In this document: positions 40,801-49,201 of the stretch, in pieces
How the letters are laid out: every line of letters starts with the position of its first letter
How positions within the stretch are numbered: position 1 is the first letter of the stretch
Source: Bacteroidales bacterium
GTDB lineage: Bacteria > Bacteroidota > Bacteroidia > Bacteroidales > WCHB1-69
Length of the DNA stretch: 64,000 nt
Assembly (NCBI GenBank): GCA_017615595.1
Contig: JAFZZT010000036.1
Span: 39,035-103,034, forward strand
Direction: 5' to 3'
The notes under the pieces: generated by a model
Databases searched by the model: none
The model's input: only the letters and a program-made list of their open reading frames with translations
Told to the model about the DNA's origin: nothing
Made by a program: the position numbers and the translations under genes

Positions 40801-41066
40801 AGATCTGCAGCGAGGTGTTCGCCGACTGGATCCCGAACTTGGCCTCCGTGGGCTTCCACGCCGTATGGGCCGGCTACTACATGGAGCCGCGCTACATAGT
40901 CGATCCCGAGGTGGGCATGCTCACCGGTCTGCGCGGCCACGGCTTCATGCTCGGACAGTATCTGGCTAAGATCTATGTGGACAAGTACCTCGGCAAAGAG
41001 GTGCCCAGCTACATGAAAGACCTCGCCCTCAGCGGCAAAGGCCTGAGCGAGAATGCGTTCAAGTAG
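37842..41066 (+). CDS. single-chain multi-cofactor FAD-dependent oxidoreductase (2Fe-2S, pyridine-nucleotide-disulfide oxidoreductase, 2x[4Fe-4S] ferredoxin, BFD-like [2Fe-2S] and DAO-type FAD dehydrogenase domains)
   Basis: N-terminus CGIGKCGACEM (Fer2_4-like). IIGAGPAGLA and TIGAGNIGY Rossmann motifs. CNPCSFSCP plus CIGCMQCVNHCP. CHCEDV...GPCRGKRC (BFD-like). C-terminal LIAGGGIAGSGAF DAO domain. Confidence 0.8.
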   Translation: MYRIEKHPILDIPQEDAVEFLYNGQKIRGQRGKTIAAALHQAGFPIHSHSLDGRNRSLECGIGKCGACEMLVDGKIRRICITLVDNVKEVREIPKDNQPQVDVNPQQEVKIYKTTVAIIGAGPAGLACREQLNAMGIPNLVIDNNANIGGQFNMQTHQFFFFEKVQKFGGMRGFDIAKTLAGDNHDGILLNNTVWDILEGKRIAIKNIVNQEVNYVDAEHLVVATGAVPFMPVFENDDVPGVYTAAVFQKMMNQEHTLLGKKVLTIGAGNIGYLTSYQGMQAGATIKAIIEGMDHEGGFPVQANRVRRLGIPIMTSHILLKAIPNEDYTGITGAVIAECQNFKPIPGTEKVIDDIDIINICTGLTPDDQLLTKGKQVFGLNTYGCGDAVRIGEGTSAVLRGKQAAYEVAQNLGIRFNYDEYLEISRQYIDSQQHPVRVLERPNLPDKERMFAKPFVQLDCLYGFACNPCSFSCPQGAITKQSTNTTPTVDYSKCIGCMQCVNHCPGLAIFGYDLNKNVLFLPVEYEVTEGADVFLIDNNGKPVGEGVIEKVLKKSNKTDVVRVKATDISGEQLIAARGFILKERYPKPLEMKPLQEVTGKTYVCHCEDVDLDTILKAIGDRKYISVDELKHITRMGMGPCRGKRCVSRARQILRAHGIELVGDSSPRAPLANQVCLGDVYNPNAKEVFMFQTGNEVRREETEVLIAGGGIAGSGAFRYFAEAGMKPVLINYDHGSSWRCIGGGRPAFSNPDISDIANHNLEIFKEIQKVHNIDLKMTRYVNLVHDEATYKALDASRAWSDAYMIDKKDFRNEISPLWNMDSNVYSHALISNDCWQATPGRTIDYIRGLAVEKGGTLMEDCELLEVHKAGDKFVALVRTHDKKFVEFTCNHFVNALGWGAEKFTDMLGIDTQLYPVKHQAFITRRLPNLGVKGDSLDMIIDRRHYKGFSAVYGQQFLHTGQIIGCASPDCDAFEARQNLKYNSKEFLQICSEVFADWIPNLASVGFHAVWAGYYMEPRYIVDPEVGMLTGLRGHGFMLGQYLAKIYVDKYLGKEVPSYMKDLALSGKGLSENAFK

Positions 41067-41097
41067 AAGCCATTAGCTATTAGTCTTGAACTTATAA

Positions 41098-41188
41098 TTT
41101 CTAACTCCTAACTTCTAACTCCTAACTTCTAACTCCTAACTTCTAACTTCTAACTTCTAACTCCTAACTCCTAACTGACAACTGACAA
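41098..41188. repeat. 13-unit 7-bp tandem tract (TTCTAAC / TCCTAAC), exact reverse-complement type of the 36961-37044 tract
   Basis: Read directly. TTCTAAC is the reverse complement of GTTAGAA and TCCTAAC of GTTAGGA. The tract ends with tgacaac x2 and starts 32 nt after the oxidoreductase stop. Confidence 0.95.
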
Positions 41189-41230
41189 CTATTATTTTGC
41201 CCCCAATTTATTAACCAAAACCTTATAATC

Positions 41231-41473
41231 ATGTCAATTGTACTTTATCTTCTCCTCGGAGCAGTGGCTGGCTGGTTGGCTGGCGTATTAATGAAAGGTG
41301 GCGGCTTCGGCCTCCTCTGGAACATCATCATCGGCATTGTCGGCGGCTTCTTAGGCGGCTGGCTCATGAGTCTGGTCGGCATCCAGAAAGGTGGACTCCT
41401 GTGGGAGCTCATCGTAGCTGTCATCGGCGCCGTGGTGCTGCTCTTCGTCATTTCCTTGTTCAAGAAGAAATAA
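41231..41473 (+). CDS. GlsB/YeaQ/YmgE-family (transglycosylase-associated) small membrane protein
   Basis: 80 aa, Gly-rich TM helices: LLLGAVAGWLAGVLMKGGGFGLLWNIIIGIVGGFLGGWL. Confidence 0.8.
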   Translation: MSIVLYLLLGAVAGWLAGVLMKGGGFGLLWNIIIGIVGGFLGGWLMSLVGIQKGGLLWELIVAVIGAVVLLFVISLFKKK

Positions 41474-41496
41474 GGAGGACGGTTATCACTACCGAA

Positions 41497-41523
41497 AGCC
41501 CTGCGCAAGCGGGGCTTTTTTTG
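41497..41523 (+). terminator. intrinsic terminator
   Basis: AGCCCTGC-GCAA-GCGGGGCT: an 8-bp stem with GNRA loop followed by T7. Confidence 0.75.
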
Positions 41524-41587
41524 TGTGTAAAAGGGAGATGAGTGTAGCGGATTATGATGGCAACATCCAACCATGACATATTTTGTG

Positions 41588-41595
41588 TATGTTTG
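41588..41595 (+). promoter_or_regulatory. -7 promoter box (TATGTTTG) for thioesterase gene
   Basis: TAnnTTTG match 41 nt upstream of the ATG at 41636. Confidence 0.45.
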
Positions 41596-41635
41596 CAGCC
41601 TGTTTTTCAAAATCCAACATTTAAAACAGTCCTAT

Positions 41636-42058
41636 ATGAAAACCTATGTACACCATGTCAAATACTACGAGACCGACAAGATGGGGGTCACGCACCACTC
41701 CAACTACATACGCTGGATGGAGGAGGCCCGTGTCGATTTTCTAGAACAGATCGGCTTCGGATACCGCAAACTGGAAGAGGACGGCATCATCTCGCCGGTC
41801 ATCGCCGTGGAATGTGAATACAAAGCGCCCACCCGCTTCGACGATCATGTGGAGATAGCAGTGGAGGTTGAGGAGTTCCGCGGTGTGCGGCTCGCGATCC
41901 GCTACACCATGCGCAAGATGCCCGAAGGCGAACTCGTCATGACGGGACGCTCGCGCCACTGCTTCGTGGATCTGAACGGCAAACCCATCATCCTTGAACG
42001 CAATTTCCCCGCTTTTGCGAACAAACTGAAAGAACTGTTCGAGGCCACGTCTCGTTAA
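41636..42058 (+). CDS. acyl-CoA thioesterase (4HBT / YbgC-like hotdog fold)
   Basis: VKYYETDKMGVTHHSNYIRWMEEARVDFL is the typical 4HBT N-terminal catalytic Asp region. About 140 aa from the ATG at 41636. Confidence 0.75.
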   Translation: MKTYVHHVKYYETDKMGVTHHSNYIRWMEEARVDFLEQIGFGYRKLEEDGIISPVIAVECEYKAPTRFDDHVEIAVEVEEFRGVRLAIRYTMRKMPEGELVMTGRSRHCFVDLNGKPIILERNFPAFANKLKELFEATSR

Positions 42059-42097
42059 CATAAAAAATATATCTTTGCCGCCTATTTTTACAACGAA

Positions 42098-43165
42098 ATG
42101 AACGAGATCATTTTCTTAGTCTGCTTTATCATTTTCATAGCGGGTTTGCTGGCCCTTGACCTGGGTGCATTCCACAAGAAAGACCATGTCGTGACCTTTA
42201 AGGAATCGGTCCGCTCCACCGCCATATACGTCGCCCTCGCTCTGCTCTTTTTCCTCCTCATCCGCTACAAAGGCGAGATCCTGCACGGCATCCACGACAA
42301 CCAGTCGCTCATCGAAGTGGCCTCCAAATACCACGATCATATCGACCTCAGTCCCGACGAGGCCGCCTACGAGGACAACCTCGTCAAATACCGCAAGAAC
42401 CTGTCGCTGGAATACATCACCGGCTACTTCATCGAGGAGACACTCTCCATCGACAATATCTTCGTCATGATCATGATCTTCATGTCGTTCGGCGTGGAGA
42501 AGGCCTACTACCACCGGGTGCTCTTCTATGGCATCCTCGGCGCCATCTTCATGCGCCTCATCTTCATCATGACAGCCTCCGCATTGATACAGCGGTTCCA
42601 CTGGATCCTGCTCCTCTTCGGCGGCTTCCTGATATACTCGGGCGTCAAGATGTTCATAGATCGCAACAAGAAAGAGGAGGTGGATGTCAAGAACCATGTG
42701 CTGGTGAAGTTCTTCGCCAAGCGAAAACTCAGCACCGACCATTTTGACGGCCACAACTTCTTCACCAAGGTGGACGGCCGCTGGCTGGTGACTCCGCTCT
42801 TCATCGTGCTGCTCGTCATCGAGTTCTCCGACATCATCTTCGCCTTCGACTCCATCCCGGCCATCTTCTCCGTGACCGAAGACCCCTATATCGTCTTCAT
42901 GTCCAATATCTTCGCCATCTTGGGCTTGCGGTCGCTGTTCTTCATGCTGGAGAGCGTCATGGACAAGTTCGCCTACCTCAAGGTGGGTGTGGCCTTGCTG
43001 CTCACCTTCATCGGTGTCAAGATGCTGCTGCCGTTCATCTTCCACAAGGAGATCATCACCACCGGCATCTCGTTGGCCGTCATCCTGACCATCCTGGTCG
43101 GCAGCATCGTCCTGTCGCTGCTCTTCCCACCGAAGAAACATGCCACGGAGACGCTCAACAATTAA
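42098..43165 (+). CDS. TerC-family integral membrane protein
   Basis: Multi-TM protein with the paired conserved motifs EETLSIDNIFV and EFSDIIFAFDSIPA characteristic of TerC. Confidence 0.85.
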   Translation: MNEIIFLVCFIIFIAGLLALDLGAFHKKDHVVTFKESVRSTAIYVALALLFFLLIRYKGEILHGIHDNQSLIEVASKYHDHIDLSPDEAAYEDNLVKYRKNLSLEYITGYFIEETLSIDNIFVMIMIFMSFGVEKAYYHRVLFYGILGAIFMRLIFIMTASALIQRFHWILLLFGGFLIYSGVKMFIDRNKKEEVDVKNHVLVKFFAKRKLSTDHFDGHNFFTKVDGRWLVTPLFIVLLVIEFSDIIFAFDSIPAIFSVTEDPYIVFMSNIFAILGLRSLFFMLESVMDKFAYLKVGVALLLTFIGVKMLLPFIFHKEIITTGISLAVILTILVGSIVLSLLFPPKKHATETLNN

Positions 43166-43189
43166 TTGATTATCAAATATTTTCTATAT

Positions 43190-44803
43190 ATGAAAACTAT
43201 CAAGATCATCACCTTATCCATCATAATTGCCTTGGCTGCCATCAGCTGTCAGAAGCCGCAGCCTGTGGTCGTCATCCCCGAACCCACCGAATACCAGCCC
43301 AAACGCGGCAACTTCACTGTCGATCAGAGCACGATGTTATGCTTCGACAACATCCAGGATGACGCCGCTTTCACCAAGAATGTGCGCGACCAATTCCAAC
43401 AGCATTTCGGCTTCACCCCTGGCCTGAGTGAAGGAAAACCCTCCAAAGGCCACTATATCCTCTTCTCTGTCAACGAGAAAGAAGATGAGCAATTGGGCGA
43501 GGAGGGCTATACCCTGGTCATCACCAGAAAGAGCATCACCGCCAAGGCCAACACCACGCGCGGCCTCTACTATGCCTTCCAGACCTTGCGCCAGCTGACC
43601 TACCCCAGCATGCTCGCCGAAGCCAAAGAGCTGCAGGTTCCCTGTCTGAAGATGACAGACGTGCCCCGTTTCTCCTACCGCGGCACGCATCTGGATGTGA
43701 GCCGTCACTTCTTCGACACCGCCTACATCAAAAAATATCTGGACCTGCTGGCCACCTACAAGATCAACAAGTTCCACTGGCACCTGACCGATGACCATGG
43801 CTGGCGTATTGCCATTGACAAATATCCCGAGCTGACGAGAGTGGGCGCCTGGCGTCCCGAGCGCGACTCGTGGGACACACTGCATCCTGTGCAACCCGAC
43901 GAGCCCATGACCTACGGCGGCTTCTACACCAAGGAGCAGATCCGCGACATCATCGACTATGCCGCCGCCCGCTATATCGACATCATCCCCGAGATTGAGA
44001 TCCCGGGCCACTGCAGTGCCATCCTGGCCGCCTACCCGCAGTTCGCCTGCGACGACTACCCCTACACCGTGGCCGTGGGTCCCTACTGGCCGCCCAAAGC
44101 CATCATGTGCGCCGGCAACGACCAGGTGCTGACCTTCTACAAGGACGTCCTCGCCGAAGTCGCCGACCTCTTCCCCTACCCTTACATCCACATCGGCGGT
44201 GACGAGGCCTTCAACGACAACTGGCAGGTGTGCCCCAAGTGTCAGGCCCGCATCCAGGAGAAAGGACTGGCAGACGAGTTCAACCTGCAGCAGTGGCTGA
44301 TGAACGAGATCGAGGTCTATCTCAAGACCCTCGACAAGAAAGCCATCATCTGGGACGATGTCGTCTCCGAAGACATGCAGATCTACTCCACCATCATGGG
44401 ATGGCAGGGCTATGACGCCGCCCGCATCGCCGCCAAGCACGGCAACGATGTCATCATGAGTCCGACCTCGCACTGCTATTTCAACTTCTATCAGGCAGAT
44501 CCCAAGACGGAGCCGCTGGCCATGACCGGTCTCATCACCTTGGACACCGCCTACAGCTTCGACCCCATGCCGACCGGCTTGGACGAGACGGCCCAGCACC
44601 ACATTCTGGGTGCGCAAGCCAACCTGTGGACGGAGTTCATCAACACGCCGGAGCAGGCCGACTATATGCTACTGCCGCGCCTCTGCGCCCTGTCGGAGTG
44701 CGTGTGGACCGAGCCCGACAACAAAGACTACCGCACCTTCCTCCGCAAGCTCGACTATCACAAGCCGATGCTGAAGAAGATGGGGTATAATTGCCATCCG
44801 TAA
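43190..44803 (+). CDS. beta-N-acetylhexosaminidase (GH20), lipoprotein
   Basis: The ATG at 43190 gives a signal peptide plus lipobox (LAAISC). GH20 motifs RFSYRGTHLDVSRHF, NKFHWHLTDDHGWR and HIGGDE. Confidence 0.87.
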   Translation: MKTIKIITLSIIIALAAISCQKPQPVVVIPEPTEYQPKRGNFTVDQSTMLCFDNIQDDAAFTKNVRDQFQQHFGFTPGLSEGKPSKGHYILFSVNEKEDEQLGEEGYTLVITRKSITAKANTTRGLYYAFQTLRQLTYPSMLAEAKELQVPCLKMTDVPRFSYRGTHLDVSRHFFDTAYIKKYLDLLATYKINKFHWHLTDDHGWRIAIDKYPELTRVGAWRPERDSWDTLHPVQPDEPMTYGGFYTKEQIRDIIDYAAARYIDIIPEIEIPGHCSAILAAYPQFACDDYPYTVAVGPYWPPKAIMCAGNDQVLTFYKDVLAEVADLFPYPYIHIGGDEAFNDNWQVCPKCQARIQEKGLADEFNLQQWLMNEIEVYLKTLDKKAIIWDDVVSEDMQIYSTIMGWQGYDAARIAAKHGNDVIMSPTSHCYFNFYQADPKTEPLAMTGLITLDTAYSFDPMPTGLDETAQHHILGAQANLWTEFINTPEQADYMLLPRLCALSECVWTEPDNKDYRTFLRKLDYHKPMLKKMGYNCHP

Positions 44804-44820
44804 TCAGATCTTTTAACTTT

Positions 44821-45016
44821 GGCTATTAGCTATTGGCTGTTGGTCTTTAGCTGTTGGTCTTTGGCTATTGGTCTTTGGCTATTGGTCTTTGGCTATTGGT
44901 CATTAGCTGTTGGTCATTAGCTGTTGGTCATTAGCTGTTGGTCATTAGTTATTAGTTGTTAGCCATTATGTCGTTAAAAGCTAAAAGCTAAAGGCTAATA
45001 GCTAACGGCTGATAAC
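44821..45016. repeat. about 28-29 phase-locked 7-bp units: 21 units of GGTCWTT/AGCTRTT type, then a switch to complementary TAAAAGC/TAATAGC type (imperfect long palindrome)
   Basis: Read directly. The 7-bp phase is kept from 44821 across the arm switch at about 44968-44974. The tract fills the gap between the convergent GH20 stop (44803) and FISUMP stop (45016). Confidence 0.95.
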
Positions 45017-45759
45017 TAATCCTTCACACACCGCACCGAGGCGCCTGCCTCTTTGGGTGTGCAGTTGATCTCCACAGTTGCGTTGGCGCCATAATAACGG
45101 TGTATGGGTGCGCTCTCGGGGCTACCGTCCGAGGCCGTCCAGAAGCCAGATTCCGTTCCATAGCCATAGAAACCCATAAAGCAGAGTCCCGCGGGCAGGA
45201 CATTCATCCCCGCTTTATTGTTCGCGCTTACATCCTCCAGGATGCTGCACGGCTGAGGCGTATCCTCCACGTTGGTGTCCCAGCCTTCTCTGGAAGCCAT
45301 CGCCTTGGCCACATAGTTAACGTCCGTGCCGCAGCGCAGCGCTTCATCATAGCCGACAGCGTCTTCCAGATCCATCCACTCGTAGTTACTGGGCAGATGC
45401 CAGCCATCGGGGCAGATGCCTTGCACACCGCTCGGCACCTCCTCGGAGGTCAGATGGTCACGCATGGCGGTGGGCCAGGTATAGAGCAACCCATACTTAG
45501 CGACTAAGGAAGCATCACCGTTAGGGAAGAAATAGCAATGCGCTGTCAGCGTGTTCTCAGTAGTCGGCACTAGCATCGTGCCATCGGCATAGCGCGTCAC
45601 CCGCAGGTTCTCGCGCATCCAGCACTGCTTGCCGATCCTGACGGTCTGATAGACATTCCCGTCAATATCCGTTACCGTACCGCAATCCAGCATCTGCTGG
45701 GCAGCGAGGAGAAAGGGTAACATGCCAACGATCCATACCAGTATCTTTTTCATAGCCAT
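45016..45759 (-). CDS. FISUMP-domain (Fibrobacter succinogenes major paralogous domain) secreted protein
   Basis: Signal peptide. The motifs IGKQCWMRENL, GLLYTW, CPDGWHLPS and GFWTAS match the TIGR02145-type domain. Confidence 0.7.
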   Translation of the reverse strand: MAMKKILVWIVGMLPFLLAAQQMLDCGTVTDIDGNVYQTVRIGKQCWMRENLRVTRYADGTMLVPTTENTLTAHCYFFPNGDASLVAKYGLLYTWPTAMRDHLTSEEVPSGVQGICPDGWHLPSNYEWMDLEDAVGYDEALRCGTDVNYVAKAMASREGWDTNVEDTPQPCSILEDVSANNKAGMNVLPAGLCFMGFYGYGTESGFWTASDGSPESAPIHRYYGANATVEINCTPKEAGASVRCVKD

Positions 45760-45786
45760 TATTTTTTAACAAAGATTATCCTCTCA

Positions 45787-48330
45787 TCAATCAAAAATCA
45801 TCTCATCACAGAAAATATAGGACTGGTTGCCGCGGGACATGTGCCACTCAGGCAGCGGGCCTCCATTTTTCACGACTACCCGCACATAGCGAGCCTTGAT
45901 GTTCAAATTGTCGCCCTGAACCGTGTAAATGGTCGGGATGCCGGAGTCGTAGTTCACATCCTTCACCTCCAAAGTCGTCAAGAGACGGTAACTGCTGCCG
46001 TCGTTGGAGACATAGAGTTCCACCTCTTTCGGTGACATTATCCAGTCTTGCACATTCTGGAAGAAGCGGGTCTTGAAATAGTGGAGGGCCGTCTTCTTGC
46101 CAAAGTCAAACTCCACATCGATATCATTACCCCAGAAGCCCTGCCAGTTGCCGTCGTTGTAGCGGTCGCCACCCAACCGACCATCCGAGAGCGCCTGGGT
46201 GCCTCCCGCCGCATACTCGGGCTTGTAAGTGGCATATTCACTATTTAGCTTGGAAATCTTGTTCAACCCTTGATGCAGCAGCACATACTGCTCCGTCAGG
46301 ACATCCTCCCCCATCTCGTTGCGGCACAACGCCTTGACGGTGGCAGACTCCTGCAACTGGACCGGCTTCTCGTAGCGGTTCTCTCCTTTTTGCGGATTGC
46401 GGCCGTCCAGCGTGTAGTAGATAGGAGCATCCTCAAAAAGGGTCCGCAACTGAACGTAGGTGTTACCCGTTTCGGAACGCTTTACTTCGATGAAAGGCTT
46501 GTAGGGAAGATCGTTCAGTTCCTGGATGAGCGCATCATAACGCGCCTCGACGATGTTTCGGCTATAGGGGCGGCATTCTTCATCCCACAACTGCATATAC
46601 ATCTTCTTCACGCGGTGGATATGCTCTGCCAGCTGATAGATCTCTGTCTTGAGCGAAGACTCATCAATGACATTATTACCCTGAAGATATTCATAGAGAT
46701 GCCACCGCAGGATATTGCGCTGGGCGAGCACCCACTGGTGATGGGCCACATAGTAGCCGATCCGTGCCATGGCGTTGTGGCAGTCATAGACCGAGTCAAA
46801 GGTCACCTCGTGATAAGCTTCCAAACGACGACGGATAGTAGAGCACATTTCGTTGTTTTTCTGATAGTTCTCCACGCTCACCTTGGTCGGATAGAAGTCG
46901 AGCAGCGGCTCATAGAGGGCCAGACTGTTGAAGATGTTGGGGATGGTGCTATACTCCATCTCGCGCATCAGGCGGAAGTTCTGGTCCACCACGCGATACT
47001 CTTTGGCGAAGCGCTTGTCGAAGGCGGCCAGACGCTGGAGGCGCTCCTTGTCAGCCGCTTTGGGTTCTGTCTGCTCCAGGGGGCGCCAGGCCATCTCCGC
47101 GGCCCAGGCCATGCCGTGCCAGGTGCTGTTGAACAACGACTCGCCGGAGTCGTCCCAAGCGGTGTTCATCATGCCCAAAGCCCCATGCTTGTAGCCATCG
47201 CGCGTCAGGTTGGCGATGTTCTTGGTATAGGTGTCGTAGCTGGGAAACACATGGCCCCACATGCTCATGCCCGGCACCACCATGAACTGCAAGCCCTGTT
47301 TGGTGAAGGGCTCTATCATGTCCACATAGCTGTCGGAGGGAGAATAGCTCCACACCAGCATAATCATGTCCTTGGGCAACTGACGCACGATGTCGGGATC
47401 CTTGGCGGCGATATCGCCCCACATCATCACCCTTTTGCCGAGCGGTTTCAGGATGCTATAGACCCAGTTGATATGGTCGGCATAGACTTGCGAGGGGCCT
47501 CCGTGGTTCTCAACATAGGCACGCGCCTTGCCACTGCCCATCGCCTCCGTCTCGTCACAGTTGATATTGAAGAAGGGGGAACGATATGCTTTGGCCACCG
47601 TCTCCAACTCGTATTTCAGGAACTGACGGGCTTTTTCATCTCCTGGATGCCAGTTGTACTTGGTGTCGGCCATCTCTTGATAGGCCGGAATGCGGAGGGT
47701 CTTCTCCGCATGGCCCAAGCACTGCTGATTGCCGAAGAACTCAATATGGAACTGAGCGGCGTACTCCTCCAGCTCTTTGATCTCCTCAGCCGTCAGCCCG
47801 TCAGTGGGCGCGATGTCGGGGTATTTGTCCAGCTTGAAGACATGCTCGGTGTAGAGATTGAAGAAGTTCATCTTGTACTCCGCCAACTGCCGGATGACCT
47901 GCTTGAGGAAGGTCATGTTGGGAATCGGTCCCCGGCTGATGTCGTCCATCCAGCCACGGTATTTCAGCTTGGGATAATCAACGATACGGACGCAGGGCAA
48001 CTTGACACTGCCGTCCTTCTGGGTGTAATACCGAGACATCTGCTTCAGACTCAGGTTTCCATAGTAGAGTCCCACCTCGCTGATGGCGCTGATCTGCACT
48101 TTGTCGGAAAAGACCTCCAAGATGTAGCCTTGGTCGGCGTTGGTATCGACCGGGAAGGTGGGCAGCATCACAGTGGTGACCACAGGTGCTCCCGTAAAGG
48201 CATAGGTGCCCGTCCGCATCTCTATGTGCTGCGGCGAGGGGATAATGCCTAACTCTTGGGCCGGGAGTATCCAGACCGTCAAGAGGAAGGCCAGCGCGAG
48301 CAGAAGCTGCGGGAAGTGCAGTCTATTCAT
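45787..48330 (-). CDS. GH20-like hexosaminidase with C-terminal chitobiase-type and F5/8-type-C (discoidin) domains
   Basis: Signal peptide. IVDYPKLKYRGWMDDISRGP and FFNINCDET (D-E catalytic pair). APIYYTLDGRNP. The C-terminal 150 aa or so have a discoidin-like pattern (WQGFWG..., ARYVRVVV). Confidence 0.7.
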   Translation of the reverse strand: MNRLHFPQLLLALAFLLTVWILPAQELGIIPSPQHIEMRTGTYAFTGAPVVTTVMLPTFPVDTNADQGYILEVFSDKVQISAISEVGLYYGNLSLKQMSRYYTQKDGSVKLPCVRIVDYPKLKYRGWMDDISRGPIPNMTFLKQVIRQLAEYKMNFFNLYTEHVFKLDKYPDIAPTDGLTAEEIKELEEYAAQFHIEFFGNQQCLGHAEKTLRIPAYQEMADTKYNWHPGDEKARQFLKYELETVAKAYRSPFFNINCDETEAMGSGKARAYVENHGGPSQVYADHINWVYSILKPLGKRVMMWGDIAAKDPDIVRQLPKDMIMLVWSYSPSDSYVDMIEPFTKQGLQFMVVPGMSMWGHVFPSYDTYTKNIANLTRDGYKHGALGMMNTAWDDSGESLFNSTWHGMAWAAEMAWRPLEQTEPKAADKERLQRLAAFDKRFAKEYRVVDQNFRLMREMEYSTIPNIFNSLALYEPLLDFYPTKVSVENYQKNNEMCSTIRRRLEAYHEVTFDSVYDCHNAMARIGYYVAHHQWVLAQRNILRWHLYEYLQGNNVIDESSLKTEIYQLAEHIHRVKKMYMQLWDEECRPYSRNIVEARYDALIQELNDLPYKPFIEVKRSETGNTYVQLRTLFEDAPIYYTLDGRNPQKGENRYEKPVQLQESATVKALCRNEMGEDVLTEQYVLLHQGLNKISKLNSEYATYKPEYAAGGTQALSDGRLGGDRYNDGNWQGFWGNDIDVEFDFGKKTALHYFKTRFFQNVQDWIMSPKEVELYVSNDGSSYRLLTTLEVKDVNYDSGIPTIYTVQGDNLNIKARYVRVVVKNGGPLPEWHMSRGNQSYIFCDEMIFD

Positions 48331-49105
48331 AGTAGTCGTATTTCAGATGTTTGACCGTGATACCCTTGTTTATCAGCTGCTTAAGAGAGTCGATGCCGAT
48401 CTGGAGATGGCGCAGGCTGTAGTTTTGTGTCACCGCCTTGTCCGACTTCTCCGTCTTGATGCCGTCAGGGAGCATCGGCTGGTCGGAGACCAACAGAAGT
48501 GCTCCGGTGGGGATGCGGTTATAGAAGCCCACGGAGAAAAGCGTGGCAGTCTCCATATCCACGGCGGTGGCGCGGATGCGGCGCAGGTAGTCCTTGAAGT
48601 CCTGGTCGTGCTCCCACACGCGGCGGTTGGTGGTATAGACCGTGCCCGTCCAGTAGTCGATGCCGTAGTCGCGGATGGTCGTGGAGATAGCTTTCTCCAG
48701 GTTGAAGGCGGGCAGCGCCGGCACCTCTGGCGGGAAGTAGTCGTTGGAGGTACCCTCGCCGCGGATGCCTGCGATCGGCAGCAACAGCTCGCCCAGCCCG
48801 ATGTTGTTCTTCAGGCTCCCGCACTTGCCCAGGAAGAGGACCGCCTTGGGCTGTATGGCGGTGAGCAGGTCCATGATGGTCGCCGCGTTGGGACTGCCCA
48901 TCGTGAAGTTGATGATAGTGATGCCATCGGCGGTGGCACTCTGCATGGGGTGCCCCGCGCCCTTGACCTCCACATGCATCAGGTCAGCGAAGTTCTTCAG
49001 ATAGTCGGCAAAATTGGTCAGCAGTATATAACGGCCGAACTCCTCCAGCTGCATGCCCGTATAGCGAGGCAGCCAGTTATCTACGATTTCTTGTTTATTA
49101 TGCAT
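48323..49105 (-). CDS. amn: AMP nucleosidase (short PNP/UDP-1-fold form)
   Basis: The N-terminus QEIVDNWLPRYTGMQLEEFGRYILLTNF and DMETATLF match Bacteroidales AMP nucleosidase. 260 aa. The -7 box TATCTTTG lies at 49126-49133 on the minus strand. Confidence 0.72.
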   Translation of the reverse strand: MHNKQEIVDNWLPRYTGMQLEEFGRYILLTNFADYLKNFADLMHVEVKGAGHPMQSATADGITIINFTMGSPNAATIMDLLTAIQPKAVLFLGKCGSLKNNIGLGELLLPIAGIRGEGTSNDYFPPEVPALPAFNLEKAISTTIRDYGIDYWTGTVYTTNRRVWEHDQDFKDYLRRIRATAVDMETATLFSVGFYNRIPTGALLLVSDQPMLPDGIKTEKSDKAVTQNYSLRHLQIGIDSLKQLINKGITVKHLKYDYYE

Positions 49106-49201
49106 AACGGATTAAAATGTGGGGGCAAAGATAGGATTTTTTGTTGAACGATGAACGAAGACATCACCCCCTTAGTTTCTAACTTCTTAGTTTCTTCACT
49201 C

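Noticed and set aside
37869-40940. 1023-codon open reading frame on the minus strand, antisense to the 1074-aa oxidoreductase gene.
   Set aside because: Its translation is low-complexity (Gly/Ala/Asp/Val/His-rich) with no motifs. The sense strand carries multiple clean cofactor motifs. This is a shadow ORF produced by the strong GC3 / RNY codon bias.
42059-42097. Possible yybP-ykoY (Mn2+) riboswitch upstream of the TerC-family gene.
   Set aside because: The intergenic gap is only 39 nt and is occupied by a TATCTTTG promoter box, which is too short for the riboswitch.
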